Positions 1-11,900 of a stretch of 64,000 bases of DNA are shown in pieces. Source of the DNA: Cyanophora paradoxa CCMP329 (lineage: Eukaryota; Plantae; Glaucophyta); contig QPMI01000655.1 in NCBI GenBank assembly GCA_004431415.1, forward strand, positions 186,001-250,000. The letters are read 5' to 3'. The translations under genes and the position numbers were made by a program. Within the stretch, counting starts at the first letter, position 1, and the number at the start of each line of letters is the position of its first letter. Under the pieces are notes generated by a model. The model was given only the letters and a program-made list of their open reading frames with translations, had not been told where the DNA came from and ran no database searches.

Positions 1-3000
1 AGAGCGCCGCGAAGAAGACCCCGATCACCTTCCGCCGGATCTGCGCCCCGCCCGCCGTCGGCCGCCACGACGAGGCGAGGGGAGCGGGGGCGGCGGGGGG
101 GCGGGGGAGGGGACCTCGTCCTGCTCGGCGCTGCGCATCTCGGGGCTGGAGATGGCGGCGACCATGAACTCCATGCAGGAGACGCGCATGGCGTCCCGCT
201 GCTGCACGACCCGCGGGTTCGGGTGCGCGCTGTCGCCCTCAAACTTGGTGATCGTGATGACGTCGTTGAGGAGGGCGACGAGCTCCGGGGAGACGGGCAG
301 GAGCGGGGGCTTGAGCTGCAGCAGGAAGGTCGCCGCCTCCATGGTCGCCATCTGCAGCGCCGGCTGCAGCGCCAGCACGCTCTTCTCGAAGAGGGCCCGC
401 GCCAGGCGCTCCCGGTGCGGCTCCAGGAGCTCCGAGACCTCGCAGCCGCTGAGCTCGGCGAGGAGGCCGAGGGCGCTCTGCACGTGGCGCCGGGCCGCGG
501 GGTGCGCGCAGCTGAGCTCCGAGGCGAGCGCCGAGACGACCTCCTGCATGGCGCCCTTGCCGGGCTCCTCGGCGGCGAGGGCGCGCAGGAGGAGCGTCAG
601 CGTCTGCATCGCCTCCTCCCCGATGAACGACGCGAAGTCGATCGGCGTGTCCTTCAGCACGAAGAGGAGGGCCCCGACCAGCGCCCCCTGCTGCTCCCGC
701 ACCCACGCCGCCGGCAGCTTCTGCACGAGGGCCGCCACGCCGAGGCAGCCGCCGCTCTTGACGAACCAGTCGCGGCCGCAGCAGCAGTGGGAGAAGCGGC
801 GGGCGAGGTCGGCGGCGACGGCGCGGGCGTCGCGGCGGGAGTCAAGGAGGGCGGCGAGGGTGTCGAGGAAGGACTCGAGGGCGCGGAGTGCCGGCAGCGC
901 CGCCTCCCGCCGCTCCGAGCAGAGGACGCGCACGACGGCGTCGAGGAAGAGCGCGGGGTCGAGCTCCGAGGCCCCCGCCGCCGCCAGCCCGGCCACCCGC
1001 GCCGCCGCGTACGCCGCCGCCTCCGGGCCGTCCCCGGGTGGCGGGAGGGCGGGGGGCGCGGGGCGCGGGGCGGCCTCGGAGAGGAGGAGGGCGACGTGGC
1101 GGGCGAGGTCCTCGAGGAAGGGCCCGGCCGCCTCCCGCGTCTCCGCCTCGCCGGCCGCCGCCATCACGCCGCACGCGAGCTCGACGAAGGCGTCGGCCTC
1201 GGCGCGCACCTGCTCCAGGGGCTTGCGGCCCTCGCGCCCCGCCTCCTCGACCTCCATCGCGTCGCCGGGCTCGCCGGCGGGGGCGAGGCCGAGGATTGTG
1301 TCGGCGGGGATGCGCAGGAGGGCGCAGGTGGCGTGCCGGAGGAAGGCGAAGGCCTGCTGCTTGACGTGCGCCGCCGCCTTGGGGTGCGCCAGCGCCGCCC
1401 GCGCCACGGGGACGCAGGCGTCCAGCGGCAGCGAGACCTCGCCCCGGTCGAGGGGCAGGAGGAGGCGGAGGGCCGCCTCCGAGGCCCCCCGCTGCTCCAG
1501 CGGCAGCGGCGCGTCCTTGAGGAAGCGCCGCGAGCGCCCGCCGAGCTTGCCCAGGAGCCGCAGCGAGACGGCGTTGAAGGGCGGGAAGGCGGCGGGGCGC
1601 ATCAGGCGCCAGAGGGCCTGCAGGATGTCCCCCATGTTCCGCGTGAGCACTGGCTCCAGGAAGTCCGCGTTCAGGTTGTCCACCCAGAACTCCAGCGTCC
1701 GCACCCCGAGGCTCGTCTGCCCCGCCGGCCCGAGTCAGGCGCGAGACGTCCACGACGCCAGGGGGGGGAGGGGCGGCGCACGAGGTCGGCGTTGTCCGAG
1801 GTGAGGGCCGCCACGACGGGCCGCACGAGCGCCGGCAGGTGCGGCAGCAGCGCCGAGATGCGCGCCGGGATCGTCAGGCTCAGCTCGATCGCCGCCTCCC
1901 GAACCGCCAGGCGGTGCGGGCCGGTCTGCAGCTTCAGCAGGCTCTCGAGCAGCGCTGCGGGCGGGCGGGCGGGGCGTCAGCGGGGGGGCGCGCGGGGCAA
2001 GGGCGAGGAGGGCGAAGGGATGGGCACCGGGGAGGAGGGGCTGGAACTCCTCGTAGAGGAGGGAGTACTTGCCGCCGCCGACGCTCTTGAAGAGGGCGCG
2101 GAGGAGGAGGAGCTCGTTGGTGGGCTCCTTCGAGGCGAGGGCGCGGGCGGCGGCCTCGGTGACGATCGTCTGCAGGTGCGGGCGCAGCGCCGCCTCGTTC
2201 TCCGCCTGCAGCGCGATCGACGCGAAGAGGGCCTTGAAGAGGCGCAGCACCACCGGCGTCGCCCCCGCCTGCTTCCCCTCCTTGCCCTCGGGCCCCGGCC
2301 CCGCGCCGGGGGCGGCGGGGGCGGCGGGGTCGGCGGCGAGCTCCTTGATGCGGGGGACGAGGTAGGCGAGGAGGATCTCGGCGAAGTTGCGGGCGGTCTG
2401 CTGCTGGGAGAGCCAGTGGTGGGCGATCGCGAGGACCGCGGGGTTCTCCTCCATGTGCTTGACGAGGAGGGGCAGGCGCTGGGAGACGATCTCCTGCATG
2501 TTGCGGGGCTCGAGGACGACGAAGACGTTGGCGACGACGTCGAGGATGTCCTTCTCCTCCTGCGCCGTCGCGTTGGGCGCGTGCGCGTACAGCGCCGTGC
2601 ACCGCAGCGCGTTCTTCAGGAACCGCTGCATGATCGCCACCTCCAGCTCCTGCAGGCCCTGCGCGCCCCTCAGCGCCGCCGGGGACGGGGAGGGGCGGGG
2701 GGGGGGGGGGGGGGGGGGGGGCGGGCCTTGAGGGCGGGGGGGGCGGTGGGAGGTCCTTCTGGCTGGGGAGATCGCTGGGGGCGCGGGGCAGCGCGAGGTT
2801 CGAGACCGACCAGACGACGGTCTTCATGCCGACGAGCAGCGTCCGCATCAGCTGCTTGCAGTCCGCCACCTCCTTCAGCGCCTCCGCCGGCGTCGGGCCC
2901 TCCGCCCCCTCCTTGCCCCCCTCCCGCCCCGCACCAGCCGCCCCGGCCCCGGCCCCCGCCCCTCCCTCCTTTTCGTCGGCGGCCGGCGGCGGCGGGCTGG

Positions 3001-4913
3001 CGGCGGCCGGCGGCGGCGAGCCGCCGGGCGGGGGCAGGGGCGGGGAGGGGGCCGGCATGGAGGGGGCGAGGTCGGGGTGGGGCTGGTGCGAGGAGGGCCC
3101 CGAGAGCTTCTCGCAGCCGGCCTGGCGCAGGATGCGGGGCACGGCCTGCCGCAGCGAGCCGAGCTTGTTCACGAACGTCTCCAGCACCCGCACTAGCAGG
3201 TTCCTTGCCAGCTCTGCGCCCCGCCCCCGTGAGCGGGGCGGGGCGGGGAGGGGCGGCGGGGCGGGAGAGGGGGCGGACGGCGCGAGTCGCTGGGGTGGTC
3301 GGTCTGCTGGGCGATGTTGAGAAGGGACTCCACGAGGTTGAGGAGGAGCCGGACGGAGGTCGTCTGGATGCTCAGCGGCAGCGACGCGTCGTGGATGTTC
3401 CGCGAGAAGAGGTACACCACGCGCGAGAGCTGGTTCAGCGTCAGCGCCATCCGGAAGTAGTGGATCAGCTCCGCCAGCAGGCTGTGCGCCAGGGGCCTGT
3501 GTGGCCGGCCTCGGACGCCGGGCGGGGCGGGGGCGGGGCGGGGGGGGGGGGGCGGGCCTGAGGGACTCGGCGGCGGACTGGCGGGCGGTGCCGATGAGCA
3601 CGCGCTCGTCGAGGAGGGAGTCGATGAGGGGGAAGAAGCCCTGGCGGAACTCCGTCGCGATGATGTGCCGCGTCGCCAGCAGCAGCTCCTGCGCCCCGCC
3701 CCGGCCCCGCTCCAGCCCGCCCCCCCACCGCCCCGCGCCCCGCCCCCGCCCCCGCGCACCCTGCGGATGGCCACGGACTCGGCGGGGCAGGACATGAGGA
3801 GCTGGACGACGGCCTTGGGGACGGTGTCCTGGTGCGCCTTCATGTACTCCGAGTACCCCCGCAGCAGATACGTCAGGAACGAGACCGTCTGCCGCCGGCG
3901 TCAGGCCCTGCGCGCCGGCAGCGCCAGCGGCCGCCCGCGCCCCGCGCCCCCCGCACCTTGGCCTGCGCCGCGACGAGGTCCGCGAAGGCCTGGCGGTAGA
4001 GCGCGTTGCTCTGGATGAGGGCCGGCGAGGCGTAGGGCGGCGGCGTGCCGCGGATGGTCGCCACCATCAGCGGCAGCAGGTGCGGGATGTTCTCCTTGAT
4101 GAACTGGGGGTAGATCTGGAAGAGGAACATGACGATGAGCGGGCACTCCGTGAGGACCTTGAACGACTCCGTGCTCCGCGTGAGCGTCTGCGAGCCAACC
4201 GGCTGCGACGTCAGGCTCAGGTCCGCCGCGTCCGAGTGCGCCGCCGCCTGCTGCTGCGCCGCCCGCTCCTGCTGCTGGTGCTGCGCCGCCCGCTCCTGGC
4301 TGAAGTGGAAAGCCAGCGTTTGCGGAAACTGGTTGAAGATTTTCTTCACGTAGTCCAGGAACGGCTGCACTTCGCCGGCCAGGTGCGGGCGGTACGTCTT
4401 GTGCAGGTCGAAGATGATGCGCAGGCAGATGACGGCGTTGTCTTCGTTGTCATTCTCCAGCAGGTGCATCGTAAGCTTGAGGAGCTCCTGCACGTACGTT
4501 TTGAGGGCCTCGTTCTGCGGCAGCCGGTTGAGGATCTCCAGCATGACCTGCCGGCTCTTCTGCTCCGGTTTCTGGCCGTCGAACTCGACCTTCCCGTGGA
4601 CCAGCGCCCGGTAGAAAAGAGGAAAGAAGGTACGCAGGAACGAGCCATACTCCGCGGTGTGTACGATCTCGATCGCATCCCGCAGTTCCGAGACGACCTG
4701 AAGCCGCAGCACCGGGTCTGCGCGGCGGAGGCGCCACGTGAGAATAAGAACGAAGCCAGCGAGGTCTGCAGCACGCGAGCTAGGGCCGGAAGCGAGGGGC
4801 CGTGCAAGCTCTGGCGCTCCACGCTCTCATCAGTAGCAAGGCGGGAAGGGCGCACTCTTCTCGGTCTCGAGGAAGCGCTTCGCGTGCTGATCGAAGCTGC
4901 CTGGAACTATCAT
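1..4913 (-). CDS. TRRAP: TRRAP/Tra1 (PIKK-family pseudokinase scaffold), N-terminal HEAT-repeat region; multi-exon, continues beyond the left edge
   Basis: Spliced exons give Tra1-like motifs: ELRDAIEIVH, RQVMLEILNRLP, ENDNEDNAVICLRIIFDLHK, SFKVLTECPLIVMFLFQ, LLRALFKSVGGGK, LELSLTIPA, GVRTLEFWVDNL, LRLLGKLGGRSRRFL. Likely ATG at 4913 (MIVPGSFDQHAKRFLE) spliced to NPVLRLQ. Confidence 0.92.
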
Positions 4914-5312
4914 TTCGGAGACAACTCAGCTGACCAAGAAGATGTTCGGGTCCCTGTTTTGAACATTCATTTGCGCTCGGCGCGCTGCAATCGAAAAAGA
5001 AGACACCTTTAAAGGTGTTGGGAAGTCGTGCGGGGCGCTCTGTCTTTCTCGGACGGCCGTCGCTCTCGCACGGCGATGCCCGCTCGGCGGCGTTCGAGCC
5101 CACTTTTTCGGGGGCTCAACGACGCCGGAGCGAACGAGTCGCCATGCAGAGAACCCGCGGCCGCGTCAAGGCTCGCTAAGTTGAAGTTAGCGTACCCGGG
5201 TTCGGTCTCTCTGGGAGACTCTCCCGGACTCTCCGAACCGGCCCTAACGAGCGGATTTCCAGGCCACTTCTCTCTGAAATGGAGAGGGATTGCGCGCGAA
5301 GGTGAATGAGCG
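4914..5312. promoter_or_regulatory. ~400-bp bidirectional intergenic/promoter region between divergent TRRAP and TIR genes
   Basis: Divergent start codons at 4913 (-) and 5313 (+); lower GC; no credible ORF. Confidence 0.5.
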
Positions 5313-8110
5313 ATGGGCTGCGCACCAAGCGCAGCTGGCCATACAGCTGCAGCCGCGAGCATCTCCAACGCCAGCAAGGCAAATAGTGCTTCTGTAGGCC
5401 TGGCCGCTGGCGACCAAGGCGGGCTGGAGCGGCAACTGGCTAGCGCCTTGACCCGTATTGAGGAAGCGGAGCGCCGCGCAAGCGCTGCAGAGCGCAAGGC
5501 GAGGGAGCTGCAGGATCGGTTGGACCAGGTGCTCTCGATCTCCGCCCCGGGGCCTGCGGGAGCGCCAGCTGGTGAGAAGCGCTGGTCGCCCTTCCCTTCA
5601 GAACTTCTCTTCCTCGCACCTCAAGCGCGCGCGCAGCCCGGAGCCCGCGGTTCGACGTGTACGTGTCGAGCGCGCCGGAGGACGCGGCGGCGGTCGAGCG
5701 TTACGTGCGGCGCATTCGAGAGGATGACCTCTCTGTGTGGTGCCTCTCTGTCTGGTTCATGCTGCTGTGGCTGGCGAGGCGCTGAGCGCAGCGCGCGCAG
5801 CCTGCGGGCGGCGGGCGTGGACGGGATGGCGTGCAGCGCGGCGGTGGTGATGTTCGTCTCGGATGCGTGGCTGGCGAGCGCCGCGTGCGACGCGGATCTG
5901 CAGCGGGCGCACCACGACCTGCGGCTCCCGAAGCTGCCGGTCTTCCTCGCGCCGCCGGCCGGCCTGCGGCTCCCCGCCGAGCACCGGATGATGCTCACGG
6001 CGGTGAACTGGATCGTGCCGGCCGGCCCCGGCGACGCCGCCGCCGACGCCGCCTGCGACGCCCTCCTCCAGGGTCTCCGCGCCCTCCGCGCCCCTGCCCG
6101 CCCCCCGCCGGCCGCCCCGGCCGCCCCCGCCTCCGCCACACCTCCCCGCCGCAGCCCGTCGCCCCCGCCGCCGGCCCCGCCGTCGCAGCTGCAGGGGCCG
6201 CCCGATGCGGCCCTGGTCGCCCCAGCGGCGGCGCCCGAGCCGCCGCCGCGGCCGGCGCCCTCCCCCGCGGGGCACCCGACGGCCCTCCCGCCGCTGCCGT
6301 CGCCGGCGGGCGGCGCGGCGCATCACGACGACCGCCGCTTCGACCTCTTCATCGTGCGAAGCGCCGCCCCGCCCCGCGCAGCGGACCGCGGCGCGGCCGG
6401 CCTGACGCTGGCGGGGCCGGGGCGGGCAGTCGTACGCGCACCGGGACGCGGCGGGGGTGTTCGGGTACGTGGCGGCGCTGGAGGCGGCCGGCCTCTCTGT
6501 CTGGATCGACCGCGAGCTCGTCGCGGGGCGGCGGTGGATGGAGGACATCGCGGAGGCGATGAAGCGCTCGCGCGGCTTCGTCTGCTTCCTCTCCCCCGCC
6601 TACGCCGAGTCGAGCAACTGCGACGGTGCGGCGCTCGAGCGAGGCCCTCCCGCCCCGACGCTGACGCGAGCGCCGGCGAAGACGAGTTCCAGTTCGCGCA
6701 CCACCACCTGAAGCTCCTCAAGTTCCCCGTCTTCCTCGCCGACCCCACCGCCTTCCGCCTGCGCGCCGACCAGCAGATGGCCGTCGCCGCCGCCGGCGGC
6801 CGCAGCGTCGTGCAGGCCGGCGGCGCCGAGGAGGCGCCCGGCGAGGCGGCAGCGGCGCTCGTTGGGCGCGTGCGCGAGGCGTTCGCGGAGGAGGAGCGGC
6901 GGGGGGCGCTGCGGGGCGCCCAGGCCGAGGCCCTCCGCCTCGCCCTCGACGAGGCCGGCGCCGCCCTCGCGCAGCTGGAGGCCGGGCGGCAGCGCGAGGC
7001 GCACGAGCGGTGGGCGGCGGTGCTCGAGGCGGCGGCGCGCAAGGGCGGGGCGCTGCTGGTGGACGCCCGGGGCGGGCCGCGGGGCGTGCCGGGCCTCGCG
7101 GAGGCGGCGGCGATGGCCGAGGCCGGGGAGACGCTCCTCGTGGCCCCCGGGCTCTACCGCGAGCACCTCCTCCTCGAGCGCCCCGCGAGCCTCCTCGCCG
7201 CCCCGGGCGCCCTCCTCGCCTGCGACGCCGCGACGCCCCTCTCCTGCAGGGGCCCCGTCGCCGTCTCCGTGACGGGCCTCGCGGTGCGGGGGGAGAGCGG
7301 GCGGCACCCGGCCGTGCGGGCGCGCGGCGGGTGCAGCCTCACCCTGGTCGAGTGCGAGGTCGGCGCGGCGGCGGCGGCGGGGGCGCTCGGGGCGGTGTGC
7401 GTGGAGGAGGACGAGACGCGGGCGCACCTCGCGCGCTGCCTCGTGCGCGGCTGCGCCAAGGCCGGCGTCGTCTTCACGGCCGGCGCGAGGGGGAGCCTGG
7501 AGGCGTGCGACGTCTCCGAGTGCGGCGGGGACGGCGTCCTGGTGCAGAAGGGCGCCGAGGTGGAGGTGACGGCGTGTCGCGTGCACGCCTGCAGGGGCAG
7601 CGGCGTCGTCGCCGAGGAGCGCGCCCGCGGCGCCGTGCGCGGCTGCGAGCTCTTCGGCCACGGGCGCGGCGGCGTCGAGCTCCGCACGGGGGCCGAGGTG
7701 GAGGTGGCAGGGAACACGATCCGCGGCTGCGCCTTCTTCGGGGTCTCCGCGTACGTGGAGGCCAGGGGGGCGGTGGAGGGCAACGACGTCCACTCGAACG
7801 CCCCGCGGGCGCCGGCCGTGCAGATCTCGAAGAAGGCGCGGCCCCTCGTCCGCAACAACCGCATCCACGACCAGGTGCGAGCTCGTGGCCACCTCGTGGC
7901 GCCCAACCCCGCCTCCCTCGAGCGCCCCCGCAGGCCCTCGGGATCCAGGTCTTCGCCGGGGGGCTGGGGACCATCGAGGGAAACGTCTTCGAGGGGATCA
8001 CGAGCCCCGCGCACGCCGACTGCGGGGGCGTCCGGGTCTACAACGGGGAACCCCTCGTCCGCGACAACGTCTTCACGCCCGCCCCCGCCTGCTCGGACCC
8101 GGGGACGTGA
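5313..8110 (+). CDS. Tandem TIR (TIR_2-like) domain protein with C-terminal right-handed parallel beta-helix (PbH1) repeats and N-terminal MGC acylation motif; multi-exon
   Basis: MGCAPS start. TIR1: FDVYVSSAPED...VMFVSDAWLASAACDAD. TIR2 (spliced): FDLFISYAHRD...GLSVWIDREL..G..W..DIAEAMKRSRGFVCFLSPAYAESSNCDDEF. Then ETLLVAPGLYRE and repeated GV.V..GA...V..C.I units; stop at 8108-8110. Confidence 0.8.
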
Positions 8111-8931
8111 GTCGGTGTCCGCTGACCAGAAGGGGCGCGCCGCGCTTCGAGCCCCAGCCCAATGCAGGGAGGGTCCAGCTGGAACCGGCCGCGGTGCGCC
8201 ACGGCGTACGCGTTTTAATCGTGCACGCGGCCAATCCCACATTGGCGAGAGTCGCTCTGGGGCCCACCCATGCCATCATGGCATGTGATGTGCTTTCCAT
8301 GGCTCGCTTCCGCGAGGTTTAATTTCAGATTCTTGTGAACAATCAGTCAGATACTCATCTGGATCAGACAGTCCAAATTCACAGTGACTTCACACTAGTA
8401 CAGTACGGTATATATGCAGTTAATCAGAAGCAAGCTTAAAAGCTTACGTATACAGCGCTGAAAAAATAGCTGAAGTACTTGTACTTGTTGGTTACCAACG
8501 CCATGATGGTTACTACAGATCAATATCTAGATGCAAAGCGCAAAATGTAATCGTACGTCACGGCGTATACGTGTCTTGAATTCGTAAGTATCGCATCATG
8601 AATCATTGAACGGAAGATCTAGTTATAGATATAGAGGCTAAAGCCTTACAGAGTTCAAGAAAGCTGCGCTGCACTACTAAGTATCCTGGGGCAGCTGATC
8701 ATGAGCCTCGGAGCTACAGGCGCCGGCGATTGGAGAGTGAAACACAGTGTTAAAAAAAAGGTTGACAGTGATCGGGACTAAGTGAAACCACTCGCAATAC
8801 GAACTATACGAATACAACAGATCGATCGGGCAGCAGCAAGCGCTAACCTCGAGAGGCCCTGCGCAAGTGCTGGAGGGGTGCCGGGGCAGATGGAGGGCCG
8901 AACTCGAGGCGGCGCTCAGCGGCTCAGTGTT

Positions 8932-11900
8932 TCAGGCCTCGTCGGGGGCTGGGCGGAGGGACGAGCGGCGGCGGACGCGAGGAGGGGAATTCGAAGCAGG
9001 GGGATCCGGAGGGGGCCCCTGCACGCCCAGCTGCGGCACCCCGAGGGATATGGAGCCCAGGCTCGAGACGCCGGCACCGGCGCCAGCAGCAGCAGCGTCG
9101 GAGGGGAGGACGGGGGCGGGGAGCGGGGCGGGGGATTCAACGGGGGCGAGCGGGGCCGGGGGCGCCCCGCTCAAGGCGACGAGGAAGGAGGGGTCGCGCG
9201 GGGCGCTGGCGGCCCCCCGCGGCCCCTCGCGGGCCTCGAGGGGCACGAGGGAGGCGACGGCGGCCGCCACGTCCCCCGACAGCTGCCCCCGCCCCCGGCC
9301 CCGGCCCCCCGAGTCAGCGCCTCGGGGTCGGGCGAGTGCGGATGCGGGGCCGGGGCGGGGCGCACGTGGACGCGGCCGGGGAGGGAGGCGGCCTCCAGGC
9401 GCCCCGCCGCCTCCATCGCCTCCCCGAACATGTCGAACTGCCACCGCCGCTTGCCCAGCACGGCCCCCGTCGCCGCCCCCGCCGCCACCCCGACCCGCAC
9501 CGCCACCGCCCGCCCCGTCCGCGCCGCGTACCTGCCCCGCGGCGATCGGCGAGGGCGCGCTGGCGCTGGCGCTGGCTCGAGGAGCGGGGGGGGACGGACG
9601 CGTCGAAGGCGGCGACGACGGCGAGGCCCAAGTCGACGATGCGGTGCAGGGCGGGGGCGTCCACCTCCGCCTCCAGCCCCGCCACCGCCAGCCACGCCTG
9701 CCAGAGCGTCAACGGCTTCGATCGCGGGCTGACATCGCAGGGGGCGAGGGCGCTCAAGCTGCCCCAGACGGCTCCAAAAACCTAGCCGGGCTTTAAGATT
9801 CGGATTGGGTCGATGCTATCGCTCGGATTGGGGAGGCGGGGCGGGCGGGGCGGGCGCGCGTCGCCGACGGTCTTGAGGTGGGCGACGGCGCGCTGCTCGG
9901 CGAGCTCGTCGAGCTCCGAGTAGAGCTCGTCCAGCATCGCCACGAGCTCGGCCGGGTCCAGCGAGGCCGAGAGCGGCGTCTGCGCGCGGCGGGGCGGGCG
10001 GCGTCAGAGAGGGCGGGGGGCGCGGGGCGTCGACGTCGCGACGTCGCCCCGAGCTCGAGGTCGGCGAGCTCGATGCGGCGGCATGCGAGCAGGGGGGCGG
10101 GGGAGGGGGGGAGGGGGGGGGGGGGGAGCGCACGAATCCCACCACGTCTGATTGCCGCCGAGCGCGAGCGCACGATCAGAAGAAGCAGCGGGGGTGGAGG
10201 CGGCGCGGGGATGGCGCACCGGCGCAGAGGACGGCGACGCGGGGGTAGTAGCGGGCGAGGGGCGCGCGCGATGGGGAGCGGCTGCCGGGGCCGCCGGCGA
10301 GCGCCGCGGGGCCGGCCCAGTCGGGGGCGGAGCTCTTGAGGCCGGCGGCGATGGGCGGGGGGAGGCAGAGGGCGAGGAGGCGCTCGGACTGGCGGTAGCC
10401 GGCGGCGAGGGCGCGCGTCTCGGCGAGGAGGCGGCGGTCGAGCAGGAACTCGCCCCGGCTCTCGATCTCGCGCAGCCAGGCGGCGAGGCCGCAGACGGCG
10501 GCGAGCAGGAGCAGGTCCCAGAACGCGGCGCCGGCCCCGGCCCCGGCCCCGGCGCCCTCGAGGCCCCAGGCGAGGAGCGGGGCGGCGAGGAGGGCGGCGG
10601 CGGCGAGGAGGGTGTCGCGGGCGGGGAGCCAGGGCCCCGGGAGGGTGTGGAGGAGCACGAGGTCGAAGGCGACGTCAGCGAGGCCGAACCAGGCGCCCCC
10701 GGGGTCGGCGTACGTCTCCCGGAACTCGAAGGCGGCGCGGAGGAGGCACGCCTGCGCCGCCAGCGCGAGCGCGAAGAGGAGGAGGGCGGGGCGGGCGAGG
10801 CGGGCGAGGGCGGCGGGGGCGGCGAGGGAGGCGAGGAAGAGGAGAGCGGTGGCGGCGGCCTGGGGGCAGTAGCGGAGGTCGGGGTACGGGGGCGCGCCGG
10901 GGACCCCCAGGAGGCGGTCGAGGAAGGGGAGGGCGAGGGCGAGAAGGAGGGCGACGGCGAGGGCGCCGCGCAGGCCCGGCAGGCCCCAGGCGCGGGAGCG
11001 GCGCCAGTACTCGGCCTCCTCGCTGGGGTCGGGGAAGCGGCAGCGGAGGAGCTGGCGCGCCGTGGCGGCGTCCACGCGGGGCGCCCCGAGGCGCCAGAGC
11101 AGGTGCAACCAGAGGGGCGCCCCCTCGCCCGCCCCCGCCGCCCCCGCCCCCACCCCATCCCCGGCTCCCGACTGGCTGCCCTCTTTGAGGAGAAGCCTGT
11201 GCGACTGCGGGGGCCGGAGGCAGTCAAAGGGGCAGCACGCGGTGGAGGGAGAAAGCAGAGAGCGGAGTGGGGGCACCGGGGGCCGGGAGGAGCGGTCGGA
11301 GAGGGCGCCGAAGCTCGCGGAGAGGCGCGGCGAGGGCCGCCCCATGTCGAAGAAGTCCACGTGGCTGCCCCCCCCGCTCGAGCGCCGCGTCGTCGCCCCG
11401 CCGCCCCCGCCCCCGCCAGCCGCCTCCTCGGGCCGCGGCGAGGGCGGGACGACCACCGGCAAGCTCAAGCTGTACGGGCGCCCGGGGCCGGCGGCCGGCG
11501 CGCGCGCCGCGCTCGGGGCGGGGCGGAGACGGGCGGAGCGAGGCCCAGGACACGAGGGGCGTCGTCCCACGCGACGGAGGGCCGTGCGCCCCGCGCGCGC
11601 GCCGCGGAGGGGGCGCGACGCAGCACCGCCGCCAGCGCGTCGGTCGCATCTGCCGGCGGCCGCGGCGCCGGCGCCGGTGCCGGAGCGGCGGGCGAATGCC
11701 GGCTCGAGGGCGGCGCGTCGCTTGCCTCCCCTGCGCGCGGCGCCTCGTTAGCGGGGCGGGCGCGGCCGGCGGCCGGCTGCGGGCGCCGGCGAGGTGGCAA
11801 TGAGCGCACAGGGCTCAGGGGCGCGACGCGGCCCCTTGCGGGGGCGACGGGTGGCAGGCCGAGGAAGTAGCGGCCGCCGTCCCGTTCCGCCAGCGGGGGC

